Assembly: GCF_006345805.1 (NCBI RefSeq)
Contig: NC_043008.1
Span: 15,190,001 to 15,254,000 of the forward strand
Length of the DNA: 64,000 nt
Direction: 5' to 3'
Source of the DNA: Octopus sinensis
Taxonomy: Eukaryota
Under the pieces are notes generated by a model. The model was given only the letters and a program-made list of their open reading frames with translations, searched no databases and was not told where the DNA came from. The position numbers and the translations under genes are program-made. Shown here piece by piece: positions 12,578-25,990 of the stretch (position 1 is the first letter of the stretch; each line of letters starts with the position of its first letter).

Positions 12578-13789
12578 TAATATATAATATTAACGAATTG
12601 TACCCTTTTCTCGTAAACTTAATATTTCTTTAGCTCTACCTCCATACATATTTTCCATTTTAATGTTGATCATTATCAATTAAACGCAATATACTCCGCA
12701 CGAATTATTCATTCTTGTAGTTAAAAAAAAAACCCGCTACAAAAACCATTGAACCACCCATAATCCGCTGAAAAACTAATGCGCTACTGAAACAACATTG
12801 GTAAAAGCATTAGTGTTAAGGTTAAATATTTAACTGAGAGGACGTTCTAGAAACAGCACTTTGAAATCTGTGGTGAAATGTTGCTAAAAATAAAAAATAA
12901 TCCTTCAGACAGAAAGAGAAACAGAAGATCCGTAATTTACAGTGTTTACCATTTCGAATGGTTGATTTAACCGTGCTTTTAACAACTATCGTTAAAAATA
13001 AAATCGTGCTTCGCTATTTCCAGTCCATTTATTTGAAGAAACGTGCTTAAGAAAGAAATTCTTTTAAGTAACTTTAACAAAACAAAACGAAAAAAGATCA
13101 ATAATTGTGTTTCCTTAGCAAACTTGCCTTTCTTATGGCTTTTTGTGTAAAATTTCGACTAAACTGTCAGAAAAGGCGTTGAGTTATCCAACCCTCTGTA
13201 AACACCCCAAAACAGATTTACAGAGTTACTGAACGGTAAAGAATATGTTAAGTTTATATTGTTTTATCTAGGCAGTGTTTAATTATGGAGTTTGTATTTT
13301 CTCTTTTTGGTCGTCTATTTTTGAACTATAATTTGTATTTTCTTGGACATTCTGGGATCAAATTATTCGATTGCTTAAATTTTGTAGTCTATTGACTACC
13401 CAATCGCAAACTATTCAGCATGTATGCATTCATTTATTGCAAATAAATATTTTATGCTTGTTGGCACTCGATCCCAACGCTTCGGAGTAAGGATGAAATG
13501 TATTATGATTTCTGAACTCGAGATGTTGTAGCAACAAAAATAATAAAGTATATTCAGGCATTGTTGTCGAAATGTAAAGTACAGTCGGGCTAGAACCGTT
13601 TCAGGCTTCAGCTGAAATCTGAAATCGAAACAGAATTGTTGGTTTTATTACTGCAATACTTATCGTTTATTTCCCAGGTTTTTGTTTTCTAACAGTGAGC
13701 AATGACTCCCGAGCACGATTTTGAAGCTTTCGGCGATATTTACACTTGTTGAGTCAGAGAGCAAAAAGGATCATTTGTACACCGGATAA

Positions 13790-13925
13790 AAAGGCTTTGC
13801 GACATTTCTTTCGGCTTTATGTTCTAAGGTCAAAGTTCACCGAGGTCGTCTTTGACATTCATTCTTTCAGGCTCGTTAAAATAAGTACCATTTGAAACCT
13901 AGAGTAGAGGTAATAGTTTACCCCT
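13790..13925 (+). mobile_element. Diverged family C SINE fragment
   Basis: CACCGAGGTCGTCTTTGACATTCATTCTTTCAGGCTCGTTAAAATAAGTACC resembles the C core. Confidence 0.65.
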
Positions 13926-14351
13926 CTCAGAAGCATTAATTACGTAGGTGAGTAAAATATTTCCGACGGGAATCAATGATCGAGCGTTGATCAAAATTAT
14001 TGAAATTTCTAATGCTAGTGAAAGACATCTTTCATACGATTAGTGCCGATTAAATCGTCACAAATACTTCAATGATAACTATTTTACTGCCTCCAGCAGA
14101 ATGGAGATATTATTTTCCTCATTTAAACTAAATACTCGCTTCAAAATCATATATGCAGCACAGGCATATAGCCAAACATCATCGGAGATAAATGTAATCT
14201 ATTAAATCGTCTCCTGTACTTAACGGGTACTTAATCAATAGAGTCGAGAAAGATGAAAGTCGAAGTTAACTTCTCTGTGATTTCCACTCAAAAAGAAATG
14301 AAATGTAAATAAATATACTGAATGTTTTTCCAGTACTATAGCGATTGTACA

Positions 14352-14575
14352 GGGGCATGGCCTAGCGATTAGGGCGTTGCACATACAATTCCAAGATCGT
14401 CGTTTCAATTTCCGGACCGAGAGGTGCTTAATGTACTTTAGCAAAACACTTCATCTTACGTTGGGACAGTCCACCGACCTGTACATGACTTATGGCCCAT
14501 TCAGGGGGAATGTTTTCCCCCTCGGTCACTCATACGTCATAGAAACCTGATAACCGGCCCTATGAGCCACAGGAC
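14352..14575 (+). mobile_element. Diverged B-type SINE with a different tail
   Basis: Head GGGGCATGGCCTAGCGATTAGGGCG...TTTCAATTTCCGGACCG, then core TTTAGCAAAACACTTCATCTTACGTTG. Confidence 0.6.
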
Positions 14576-14729
14576 ATGAAGCTGTAATAATGTAATATAG
14601 CGATTCTGTCAAAATACATCATAATAATATCGAAGATGAAACAAAAAAGACGAGAGGAACCCACGGAATTATGAAATTTTGATTTTCTTACATACGAAGT
14701 ATTAAAGTATGGTTGTATGCGCTGTGATA

Positions 14730-15065
14730 GCGCATCTCTACATCCACCATTTGTTGGTGAATCCCTACTCTTGGTAATGACCCTTTGTACCACTCAGGTG
14801 ATAACCCTCCAACCCATTTGCTTGTTTGGGTAGTCGTTTCTGGTGAAGTAAGCAAATCCTACCTTTAACCTCTTTTAGTGGCCTTTTATGACAAGCAAAG
14901 GAAATGCTGGGTCTCTTCTTTGGCATGCCGGTAACAGCACAACATTAGAGCAATGTGAAATGAAGTGTTTCGTTCAAGAGCACAAGAAGACACTCGGTCT
15001 GCAAATCGAACCCACGATCTGCCAGTCGTGACCACAACACCCTAAACATTAAGCCACGTACCTTC
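14730..15065 (-). mobile_element. Diverged B-type SINE
   Basis: The reverse complement carries the head GTGGCTTAATGTTTAGGGTG, GGGTTCGATTTGCAGACCGAG and the core CTTGAACGAAACACTTCATTTCACATTGCTC. The 3' boundary is uncertain. Confidence 0.6.
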
Positions 15066-15070
15066 TTGTA

Positions 15071-15460
15071 TACTCTTTTACCTCTTTTAGTCATTTAACT
15101 GCGGCCATGCGGGAGCACCGCCTTTAGTCGAGCAAATCTACCCCAGGACTTATTCTTTGTAAGCCCAGTACTTATTCTATCGGTCTCTTTTGCCGAACCG
15201 CTATGTGACGGGGACATAAACGCACCAGCATCGGTTGTCAAGCAATGCTAGGGGGACAAACAGAGACACACAAACATACACACATCCACATATATATACA
15301 TATATACGACGGGCTTCTTTGAGTTTCCGTCTACCAAATCCACTCACAAGGTTTTGGTCGGCTTGAAGCCATAGTAGAAGACACGCAGTGGGACTGAACA
15401 CATAGCCATATGGTTAGTAAGCAAACTACTTACCACACAGCCACTCCTGCACCTATATAG
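15071..15460 (-). mobile_element. Family A SINE (near full length, small internal deletion)
   Basis: Colinear with 636-1080. Confidence 0.92.
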
Positions 15461-16029
15461 GCATAAAATGAAATATCTACTGAAGAGAATGATGTTTATA
15501 TCTTGTGTTCGTTCCATTTGCAAATTTCAAATGATTTCAAAATAAAATACTTCATGATGGATAAACAATGGTTCACATTTTTAGAGAACGTTGCTAAACA
15601 ACCATATTTGCAGACTATATATCGAACTAAAAGCCGAATATTGAGCTTTTGATTCCACGTTTGAGAATATTGGTGCTCATCAAAAATAGTGGTTTTATTG
15701 TTTCTCACCCTCATTTCTCCGGTACATGAAACTGACAATGGTTGCTGGTAAGATAAGGGTTTGTATTCAGTAAGCCCGCACATATTGTTCCTATTGAAAC
15801 TGCGAAATAGTCGTCATATTCTATAATTCAAAGTATTTCTGGGTAATTGAATTGGATATGAAATTTCGATTTCAATGGGAAACCTGTTCACCGTATTTCA
15901 ATACAACAATAAAAGATGTATTTCGTGTAAACTGACGCACATAGGAAGCTAAGATAACATTTGTAAGGTGTATGTATCTGTGAATAGAAGGAGATTCATA
16001 TGAAGTGTGGAGATTCATGTTCGGTATGC

Positions 16030-16470
16030 ATTTATATATATGATTATATTTATATATATATAGATATATATATATTATGTATATATGTATATATATTATA
16101 TATATATATATATTATATATTTATATATATATAGATATATATATTATATATATATATATATGTATATATATATGTATATATATGTATATATATATGAATG
16201 TATATATATACATAAATATATATATGTATATATGTATATATATATGTATATATATATATGTATATATATATATGTATATATATATATATACATATATATA
16301 TACATTATATATATACATATATGAATGTATATAATTATGCATGCATATATATATGTATATATATGTGTGTGTATGTATGTATATATGTAGAAAGTAATAA
16401 CGCAAATGTAAATATAGAACAACATACATCCACACATACACAAACACGCACACACACACATACACACACA
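16030..16470. repeat. (TA)n/(TATG)n/(CA)n microsatellite
   Basis: Read directly. Confidence 0.95.
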
Positions 16471-17122
16471 TAGTAAGAGGAGGGATATGAATATCCTTAT
16501 TATTAGTATTATGGGTATCATATATATACTTATACATAGAGGCGAATTTGGATATACATAGATAAGAATAAATAACCATATGCACATATGCTTACACTCT
16601 CACGCACGACTGCACGTGTACATATAATATATACACACTCATATCTTTCATATTATGAGTGTATACAGGGGATAATGATAATGCTGGTGCCATATACATT
16701 CCCACACACATACTAAACATCGGTACACACAGACATATATGCATGCGCAAATAAAGACACGCACAGCAGAAATACAAAATGGCAGCTAGTAAAGAGTGAC
16801 AGAAAAGGGAGAAGAAAGCAAAGGACTACTGATGAGGAAACCAAAGTGTGACGAAAAAACTCTGGCCGAAATGCAATTAATATAAAATTAAGCTGAAGCA
16901 AGAGAACACTAAAATATATAGTGCGTGTGTTTTCATTAGCTAAACTGGCAACATGACCGACCTCAAATGACTGAAGTAAGTACAAGAATAAAAGAATATA
17001 TTACATTATATACATGTAAATGCATTTATATAGGAATATATATTTATATAGATATGTATTCATGGGCATATATTTACATGTATATATATATATATTATAC
17101 ATTATAATATATATATTAAATA

Positions 17123-17167
<45 letters not shown>

Positions 17168-17170
17168 ACT

Positions 17171-17597
17171 TGTACAACAAAAAAATACGAAGCACAAGTA
17201 CATGAGCTATTCTTTCGAACAACCAAAGGTACCAATGGAAACAAAACAAACAACATACAGAACGGACCCTACAATAGTTGTTGGCTATCCTTCTGGTCTG
17301 GTATTTCGAGCATTTAACAATAATATAGCAGCCCTTTACTGTTTGTTTTCGCTCTACTGTTTGTTGTACTTACTCTGACCCTCCGCAAAATCCCAAATTT
17401 TATTTAATTTGCTTTGCGGCAGCAACTGTTTTATCGAAAGCGTATATTGCTGTTTAATGCTCGAAATATGACACTAGAGAAATAGCCAACAACTGATGAA
17501 GGGTCGTTCTTTATGTTGTCTGTTTTGTTTCCCATTTGTGTCTTTCTTTGTTCGAAAGAATAGTTCATGTACCTGTGAATCGTATTTTTTGTTGCAA
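17171..17597. repeat. Foldback element with about 160-bp imperfect inverted arms
   Basis: Arm 17171-17329 is the reverse complement of 17440-17597 (for example GTACATGAGCTATTCTTTCGAACAA versus TTGTTCGAAAGAATAGTTCATGTAC). The spacer is 110 nt, with (TA)n on both sides. Confidence 0.9.
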
Positions 17598-17623
17598 ACC
17601 CTTTGTCACGTGCCTACATATGC

Positions 17624-17680
<57 letters not shown>

Positions 17681-17682
<2 letters not shown>

Positions 17683-17880
17683 TTAATCCAAACTTGAAAG
17701 CAGAAAAAAACACAACAACGCGAGGACGTGGATCAAATATAGTATTATTGGACGCTCAGGAAGGAAGGGAAGAAGAAGGGCTTTACGTTTCGAACGGAGC
17801 TCTTCGTCGGAAACATAGGAGAAGGAAAGATCCAGAGAAGGGAAGACAGAGGAAAAAAATCGCCAACGGTACACACGCAG
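17681..17880 (-). mobile_element. Short Penelope pLTR-like element containing a hammerhead-like motif
   Basis: Abuts (TA)n and contains the motif at 17780-17814. Shares a GTATTA..TGG(A)CGCTCAGGAA...TTTACGTTTCGA layout with 63545-63745. Confidence 0.65.
17780..17814 (-). ncRNA. Minimal type I hammerhead-like motif (U4C variant)
   Basis: GUUU-CCGACGA-A-GAGC-UCC-GUUC-GAAAC-GUA-AAGC: stem I 4 bp, stem II 4 bp, palindromic ACGU stem III, GUA cleavage triplet. Confidence 0.6.
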
Positions 17881-18078
17881 TGTGTGTGTGTGTGTATGTA
17901 TTTCTGTGTGTGTGTCACTGCTTGTACCCCCACCATCACTTGCGAACCGATGTTGGTGTTTTATGTCCCCGAAACATAGTGTTTCGGGAAAAGTGACCGA
18001 TAGGCGTACAAAGAATGAGCCCTGGGGTCGAGGTCTATTACGGTCGCAATCAAATGACTGAAAGAAATAAAAGAATGA
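17880..18078 (+). mobile_element. Family A-type SINE, 3' half only
   Basis: (TG)n, then CGAACCGATGTTGGTGTTTTATGTCCCC...AATCAAATGACTGAAAGAAATAAAAGAA. Confidence 0.8.
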
Positions 18079-18317
18079 TGTATATACATACATGCGCGCA
18101 CGCACATACATACACACGCATGTATGAATATGTATATGTATGTATACAAACAAAGATATACATCAATATACATACATATATCTATCTATCACCAAAATCT
18201 CTCTCCATCTCTCTCTCTATGTGTTGTTGGCATCCTTTTTGTCTCGGGAGACAATGGAGTTGCGCATAAAAAGTCCAGTCCGGCTTTTACATTTCATGTC
18301 CTGATACATTTCCTGCT

Positions 18318-18356
<39 letters not shown>

Positions 18357-18442
18357 ACACAGATATATGTGTGTGTGTGTCGTCTCTGAGTACACACACA
18401 CACACTCGTACATATATATGTGTATATATATATATAATAATA

Positions 18443-18634
18443 ATATTAGGGAGTAAATCCAAACTTACAGGGAAAAATTAGATTTAGGATTAAATCTAAT
18501 TTTATAGTATAAATATATATATTAAATTAGAGATAAAAGCATATATATTTTATATATTAATTAATTTTATTTCTATGTATTGGTTTATGATGTTCACTGT
18601 TTGACTTTCTTAATAGTGGTTTTATCTCTAATTA

Positions 18635-18636
<2 letters not shown>
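18443..18636 (+). mobile_element. Internally deleted copy of the hairpin element family of 45879-46203
   Basis: Same head TATTAGGGAGTAAATCCAAACTTACAGGGAAAAATTAGATTTAGGATTAAATC and right arm TAGTGGTTTTATCTCTAATTAAT. The loop and hammerhead are absent; flanked by (TA)n. Confidence 0.8.
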
Positions 18637-18670
<34 letters not shown>

Positions 18671-18976
18671 AATCCCTGTATATGATTACATAGCCCGCAG
18701 CAAAAGCGACAAACTACTAACAACGATATGTTTTGAAAGGTATATATATTCACTTATTCACAAATGAATCTAGAATTTCAAAACGAGAAGATAAAATTCT
18801 CTTCTTTTGTTGATCACAAGTTGTTACTATGGAAACAAATAAAAACACTTTCAAACCTGCAAAGATATAAACTTATAAAACATAATTGAGAAACAAAACA
18901 GCAAGGTCTTATTGTTTACGTTCGATATCATTATTATTGTTTTCATAAAAATTTATATATACTTATATACATGCAT

Positions 18977-19010
<34 letters not shown>

Positions 19011-19169
19011 GTATATATTATTGTTATAATTGTGTTTGCATATGTTTAAATGGAAAGAAATTGTACCAAAATCAATAATCTCTCTTTTGCTGCCAGCTTA
19101 CCATTCTTTTTCCTGACACATTTATTCTTTACTCCGAGCATTTGCCTAAATACTTCCGTCGAACAAGTA

Positions 19170-19239
19170 CTTACACACACACACAAAAAACACACACACA
19201 TACACACACACACACACACACACAAACTTATATATATAT

Positions 19240-19277
<38 letters not shown>

Positions 19278-19442
19278 TATATATATACATATTTTTATAT
19301 ATTAATATGTATGTATACATATATTTTATATATATGTACATATATACATATGAATATAGTATATATATAATATATTATAAATATATATATATACATACAT
19401 ACATATATGTATATATATATTTGTACTTATATATGGGTATAA

Positions 19443-19495
<53 letters not shown>

Positions 19496-19689
19496 TATAT
19501 ATATGTAATCCATGCGTATATGTATTTGTATGTGAGCTCGTTTGAGTGTATGTGAACCATTTCCAATTCTGTGAATAAACAGATGAATATAAGCGTAAGT
19601 GCATATATACAAGCATATATATATACATACATACATACATACATACATAATATATAGTATATATATATCTATATATATATCTATATATA

Positions 19690-19738
<49 letters not shown>

Positions 19739-19947
19739 GTATGCATGTATGTATTATGTTGTGTGTGTGTAAGTATGTATGTTCGAAAATATATGCTTTA
19801 AAATATATTTACAAAAGAAAATATGTAAGCGTAACAAATGCACTTTGGGATATATTTGTAGGAATGAATGATCACCACCTTGTAAGAATTTTTTTCATTC
19901 AAATTCTTTATTCTGTATTTCTACTCTACGATCTAAACTAAAGTACA

Positions 19948-19981
<34 letters not shown>

Positions 19982-20029
19982 CACACACATGTACACATAC
20001 AGACACACGCACACACTCATACACACACT

Positions 20030-20062
<33 letters not shown>

Positions 20063-20147
20063 GGACCCACGGACGGACATCCATTTACTTGCCCACATAC
20101 AAGTGTATATATATGCATATGATACGTTATATATATATATACATATA

Positions 20148-20182
<35 letters not shown>

Positions 20183-20234
20183 GATATATCTATATATATA
20201 TATATATATAATATATATATACATTGAACCACAC

Positions 20235-20274
<40 letters not shown>

Positions 20275-20312
20275 TCATACTGCACGTACATATATATACA
20301 CATATATATGTG

Positions 20313-20385
<73 letters not shown>
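19170..20385. repeat. Cluster of (CA)n/(TA)n/(TACA)n/(TG)n microsatellites
   Basis: Read directly. Confidence 0.93.
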
Positions 20386-20387
<2 letters not shown>

Positions 20388-20735
20388 AAAGTTTGATTTT
20401 TTTTTTTTGCAATATAATTTTTTCCTTACTCGTGTTTATCCATTTGTTTATTCTCACCTATATGCACTCGTTGTTGTTTTTTTTTTACATTTTCGTTGAA
20501 TATAGAGCAAACAATATTTACCAAAGGATTTGCTGAGGTTAAAAACTACATTTTAAACACTGAATAGAAAGACTATTTCTTTTTTCGTATTGTCTTTCAA
20601 ACACTTTCTTAAAATATAATTTTTTTCTCACCATTAGCTCCTTATCAAATAACGTTTTCTTATATTTCTGTTCTCTTTATTATTATTATTATTGTTATTG
20701 CTGTTGTTATTCCTCTTGTTATTATTATTATTATT

Positions 20736-21055
20736 GTGAGGGCGCGTGGCTTAGTGGTTAGGGCATTCGGCTCATGATCGTAAGGTTGTGAGTTCGATTC
20801 CCGGCGACGCGTTGTGTCCTTGAGCAAGACACTTTATTTCACGTTGCTCCAGTCCACTCAGCTGGCAAAAATGAGTTGTACTTGTACTTCAAAGGGTCAG
20901 CCTTGTCACTCTCTGTGTCACGCTGATTATCCCCGAGAACTACGTTAGGGTACACGTGTCTGTGGAATGCTCAGCCATTTGCACGTTAATTTCACGAGCA
21001 AGCTGTTCCGTTGATCGTATCAGCTGGGACCCTCGTCGTCGTAACCGGCGGAGTC
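20736..21055 (+). mobile_element. tRNA-headed SINE, family B (tail type 1), inserted in (TTA)n
   Basis: A-box GTGGCTTAGTGG, B-box GAGTTCGATTCCC, core GTGTCCTTGAGCAAGACACTTTATTTCACGTTGCTCCAGTCCACTCAGCTG; (TTA)n on both sides. Confidence 0.93.
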
Positions 21056-21057
21056 TT

Positions 21058-21059
21058 TA

Positions 21060-21095
<36 letters not shown>

Positions 21096-21096
21096 G

Positions 21097-21134
<38 letters not shown>

Positions 21135-21178
21135 GTTATTATTATGATTATATTATTATTATTATTATTATTATTATG

Positions 21179-21238
<60 letters not shown>

Positions 21239-21240
21239 TA

Positions 21241-21286
<46 letters not shown>

Positions 21287-21290
21287 CTCT
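21058..21290. repeat. (TTA)n microsatellite
   Basis: Read directly. Confidence 0.97.
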
Positions 21291-21497
21291 AGTTGTTATT
21301 GTTATTGGTAATAGTAGTAGTAGTAGTTTTAACTTATACATGTGCGTGCACACGTATTCTTGCAGGTAGATACACGTTAATGATGTTTTAGATTTGACCT
21401 TAGTTTCGTATTCACCCGAGCTGCCTGCTTCTGTTTATATGGCAGTACACACACACACACGCTTATATGTGTATATATATAGATATATCTATATATA

Positions 21498-21547
<50 letters not shown>

Positions 21548-21777
21548 TAATTAAGATCTATATATATCATTGCACGTGCGTGAGCGAAACCGATAGAGAT
21601 CATTCATCCTGCGCGGAAACGATAATAATATCTAGTCTTGATGATATATAATACTATATATATATATAATATAATATATAATATATATATATATATATGT
21701 ATATACACATATTGATATCCATGTCTATATAATGACATATATGTATTCATACACCGGCACATATGTATTCACGAAAG

Positions 21778-21779
<2 letters not shown>

Positions 21780-21859
<80 letters not shown>

Positions 21860-24800
21860 TATGTTTGACTTTTGCTTTATATTTGTACAAGTTGGCTCCA
21901 AGTCTCACCCAGAGACCTCAGAGACAACAGGGTTGGAAGAAGTCATGTTGTTGTTATGCCTAGTGTGCCATATATTTGGGGGGTGGGGATGTTGTACTAA
22001 TGAATGTCTAAAAAAAAAAGTTTTTTTTTTTTTTTTTTTTAAACCGAAATTATGTTGTTTTAAACCTTGAGGTTACATAGAGAGTATTTTGCGTAGGATA
22101 TGAGCAGTTCCCATGAGCACTATTTTGAAACTTCTGCCATTTTTGGGTTCCTGGTATCTGAGTTAGGTAGTATCAGCCCCTTTTTGCTATCATTCCCAGG
22201 GCACCTATGACAACAGGTATTGTTTTAGTCTTCAGCTTCCACATTTTGCTGATTTCTATTTCAAGATCTTTATATTGCTCAGTTTTGGTAGGTCTTGACA
22301 GATACGTTATATCGATTGGGACAGTCATATCAATGAGGAGGCATGTTCTTTGTTTGAAGTCTTTCAATATGATGTCTGGCCTATTTGCATCTATCTTCCT
22401 GTCAGTTTGAATGGTGAAGTTCCAGAGGAGTGAGATGTGGTCATTTTCAAGCACTGGGGGTGGTTTGTGTTCCCACCAGTTTTTTTCATGGGGCAATCCA
22501 GGTTTTTACAGATTACCCAGTGAATATATTGTGCAGCTCTATCGTGCCTGTTGAGATACTCTGTAGGCGCTAGAAGACTGCACTTGGAGACCACATGGTC
22601 AATGGTTCATTTTGTTGCTTGCATACACGACACGTTGGACTGCTTCTGATCTTTAATATGTTGGGCCTGGTAGTTTCTTGTTGGTAGGCATGATCTTGAG
22701 CTGCTATGATAAACCCCTCTGTTTCAGATTTTAAGCCAGAGGCCATTAGCCATTGATGGGTCAGGGCTTTGTCGATATCTGCATTATTCGCTCTCTTTGG
22801 GTATTTGCCATAGAGAGGTTTTTCTTGCCATTTATTATTCAGAATATCTAAGGCCGCAGTTTTGGCACGGGTTTCATGCGCCTAGCTTTTTCTGTGCTTG
22901 TTTCTTGTATATCTATCTCTAATTCCGAAATGGTTGTATTCGGAATTCACTTAGATATTCCTTTGCCTGTTTGTGACTGAGTATGATGCTTTCTTGTTTT
23001 CATGTTTGAGACAAGTTTTAAATCCAGTCCTCAGAGTTTTTCAGGTAGGTGTCTAGGCCAATTGTAGCAATCTTCATTGTTATTGCCAGTTGCAAAAAGA
23101 CCACGGCCTCCCTCTTTTCTTGGCAGATAGAGTCGTTCTGTATCTGCCTTAGGGTGGTGCATTCTATGCATTGTCAACAGTTCCTTATTTTCTGTCGAGC
23201 TGACATATTTCAGTAATTGACCAGTTAACAATATTGAAACTGTAAGTCACGACTGGTATAGCTAATGCATTGATTGCTTCGATCCTGTTTCTTGCATTCA
23301 GCTCTGTCTTGAGTATTGCTCTCACTCTTCGATAGCATTCTCTCCTGATCCTTTCCTTCATCTCTGAATGCCTTATTCCGTTCCCTTCAATTACCCCTAG
23401 GTACTTGTAGCTCTCCGCTGGGTCTAGTTCTTTTATGACATTCTGTTGGTCAAGGTTAACGTTAGATGTTTCTGTCATTTTTCTTTGATAAAGGTAGCCT
23501 TGGCACATTTATCGAGGCCGAATTGCATTCTGATGTCGTCACTGAATTGTTTGACTATCGCTAGTAAGCCCTTGAGTTGTTGATCATTTTTTGCAAAAAG
23601 CTTTAAATCATCCATGTAAACGAGATGATTATATTTTTATCAAACATTTTTATACCGTACTGCGCGTCATTGAGCAGTCTTGAGAGAGGTATTAAGGATA
23701 AACAAAAGAGGAGTGGTGACAGTGAGTCACCCTGGAAAATGCCACACGAAATTTTTACATCACCAGCATTTAGGGATTCACTGTCACTGTTCAGAGTTAG
23801 TGTGGTTCTCCATGATCTCATACTTACAGTCAAGAAGTTTCGCAGAGTTGGTGCTATCTTATACATTTCAAGGCATTTCCTAATCCAGCTATGTGGTAGG
23901 CTATCAAAGCCTTTTTATAGTCTATCCAGGCTATTGATAAGTTTTTGTGTCGTTTGTGACAATCTTCTAAGATCATCTTATTGATGAGTAGTTGGTCTTT
24001 ACAGCCGTAGGATCCACGTTACATCCTTTCTGTTCATTAGGGAATATGCTGCTGTCTGTTAAAAAACTATAGGTATATTCCGTCAGGACAGATGTTAGTG
24101 TTTGTACATAGTTGTTAAGCAGGTTATGGGTCTATAGTTTTTTGGTTCATTTGTTTCTTCACTTTTTGGAAGCAGGAATGTTAACCCATTAACTAGCCAA
24201 GGAGGCATCCTACTAGGGGTGTTGCAAAACATCATTGTACAGTTCTGTTAGCAGTTCATGGCTCTCTGGGAAGGCATTCAGCCAGAAGTTAGGAATTTTA
24301 TCCTTTCCTGGAGACTTCCATTTGCTTGACCTCCTGAGAGCAGATCTTATATCTTCTACCTTGACACCCTCCCACTTTTTGCTCTTCTAAGGGGTCCAGT
24401 TCTGTAGATATTCTGTCAATCCAGGGGGCCTTTCGTTGTGTTGTTTTTTTCTCTGCCCAGATTTTATTCCAAAATCTCTGCACTTCTTCTTTTGATGGTA
24501 CAGACCCTGCAGTAAACGCTGTTTTTCCTATCTTCCTGTAAAAATTCTTGGTGTTATTTTTGAACATGTTGTTGTCCTTGAAAAATCTAACACGCTTTTC
24601 ATACCTCGCTATGCGGGGCAGCTTTGGCAGATACCTTTTGTTTGATGGTTTCTATGGTGGCATCAATATCAAGTATAGTTTTCATATTGTATTTTTTCAG
24701 TAATTTTGGGTTTTTGTAGGTTTGGTAGTCTTGTGAGCCTTAAGGTTTTCAAATATTCAATGTCAGATCTAAATATTTTAATTTGTTGTTGCAGACGCTC

Positions 24801-25990
24801 TTGCCAGAAGGCTTTTGTGGGACTGTTGCCGTTTTCTAATCTTTACACCACATAGGATCGTTGAGATTTTCGCGGATGCATAGTATAGGTGGTTGAGGTT
24901 TGTGATATCAACATCATTAACTGAAATTATATCCTTAAGTGCAAGCCGGATTTTACCAATATTTTCATGTTTTGTTTTGGTTAGAGTTGCGGATTTTAGG
25001 AAGTGTATCACGCTCATCCATGCTGGTTTCTTTAATTTTCAGCCATTCAATCATGATTTGATTTTTAGCTCATGTAGTTCTGTTGGGTCAATATTTGTGT
25101 GACTTTCTTTATCTATTTGATGCTCATCTGTCTTAGTGTTTATGATTGGTTCAGGGCGTATTTCACTTTGCCTATCACTTATACTAACTCTTTCAATCCT
25201 CTCTTCGTTTTTATCCGCCCTGGCTGGTCTATAATCATTTCCTCTGTATTATCTTCTCTAGCTGCAGCTTCGTTCATTTTATCCGATATTGCTTGTCTAA
25301 CCTGATCAATCTCTACTTCAGTCAGTAATTTCTTTTTTATAATGTTTCTTCTAACATTGGCAAGCTTGTTACTGTCTATGTAGGGTCTTACTTCAGGGTG
25401 TTTCTGTCTCCAGTTTAAGTATGCTTGTACAGTGCTAGACTTATCTGTGGGGAAATATATGGCATGGTAGAAGGCCTCAAGAACTTCTTATTATCTTCCC
25501 TAGACCATTTTTCCTTCTTTTTCTTTTGATTATTTGGTGATGAGCATGGATGGCCATCTTGGAATATCCGGTTGTGGGGTTCGTCCAGCTCCTGTGTTGG
25601 GAAGATTTGATCCAGTAACTGATTTTTCAATCAGGATTTGGTTCAATTTTCGGGTACGTGGTCTTTTGTAATCCGCGCAATGACCAATGCGGGTTATTGT
25701 TTGATTTGTTGACCTTGAAGCATGACGAGCATCCATTCTTATATTAGGAGATGGATCTGTCAGTTTATGGTTCACTACATGTAAGCATTGCTCATAGCGC
25801 CGCTTCTTAAGACCGGCAGATCTATATTCGTCTCTATTTTTGTTGATAGTTTTATCTCCGGACATTTTTTTTTTTCCTCCTTTCCTCCTCTTCCTTTCTT
25901 CAAGGCTTACTGTGTCTGTATTAGTTCGAAATAATGAGAATAAAATACGGAGAAGGAAACGAAAAGAAAGGGAAAAAGACGGGGTCTGTC
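21780..25990 (-). mobile_element. R4/Dong-clade non-LTR retrotransposon, near full length, frameshifted (RT, CCHC knuckle, restriction-like endonuclease)
   Basis: The broken ORF runs from ATG 25865 to TAA 22073. It shows N-terminal KKEKWSREDN, RT motifs CGIFQGDSLSPLLF and YMDD (23607-23618), CRVC...H...C, RHD, RPDIILKD..LIDMTVP and terminal MGTAHILRK. The (TAA)n tail is at 21780-21858, with a degenerate TAA repeat at the 5' junction near 25993-26008. Confidence 0.93.

Noticed and set aside
16825-16880. CTGATGA...GGCCGAAAT as a hammerhead
   Set aside because: Stem II is only 2 bp and stem I cannot form.
17455-17505. Permuted (type II) hammerhead in the foldback arm
   Set aside because: Stem II could pair, but the stem I segment GCCAACAA cannot form a helix and stem III is only 2 bp.
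20736-20815. tRNA-like sequences with A and B boxes (also at 9228, 34311, 38468 and others)
   Set aside because: They are SINE heads followed by shared SINE bodies; no complete cloverleaf.
25866-25990. HDV-like ribozyme in the 5' UTR of the R4/Dong element
   Set aside because: The segment is low-complexity purine/pyrimidine runs and I could not build the required pseudoknot.
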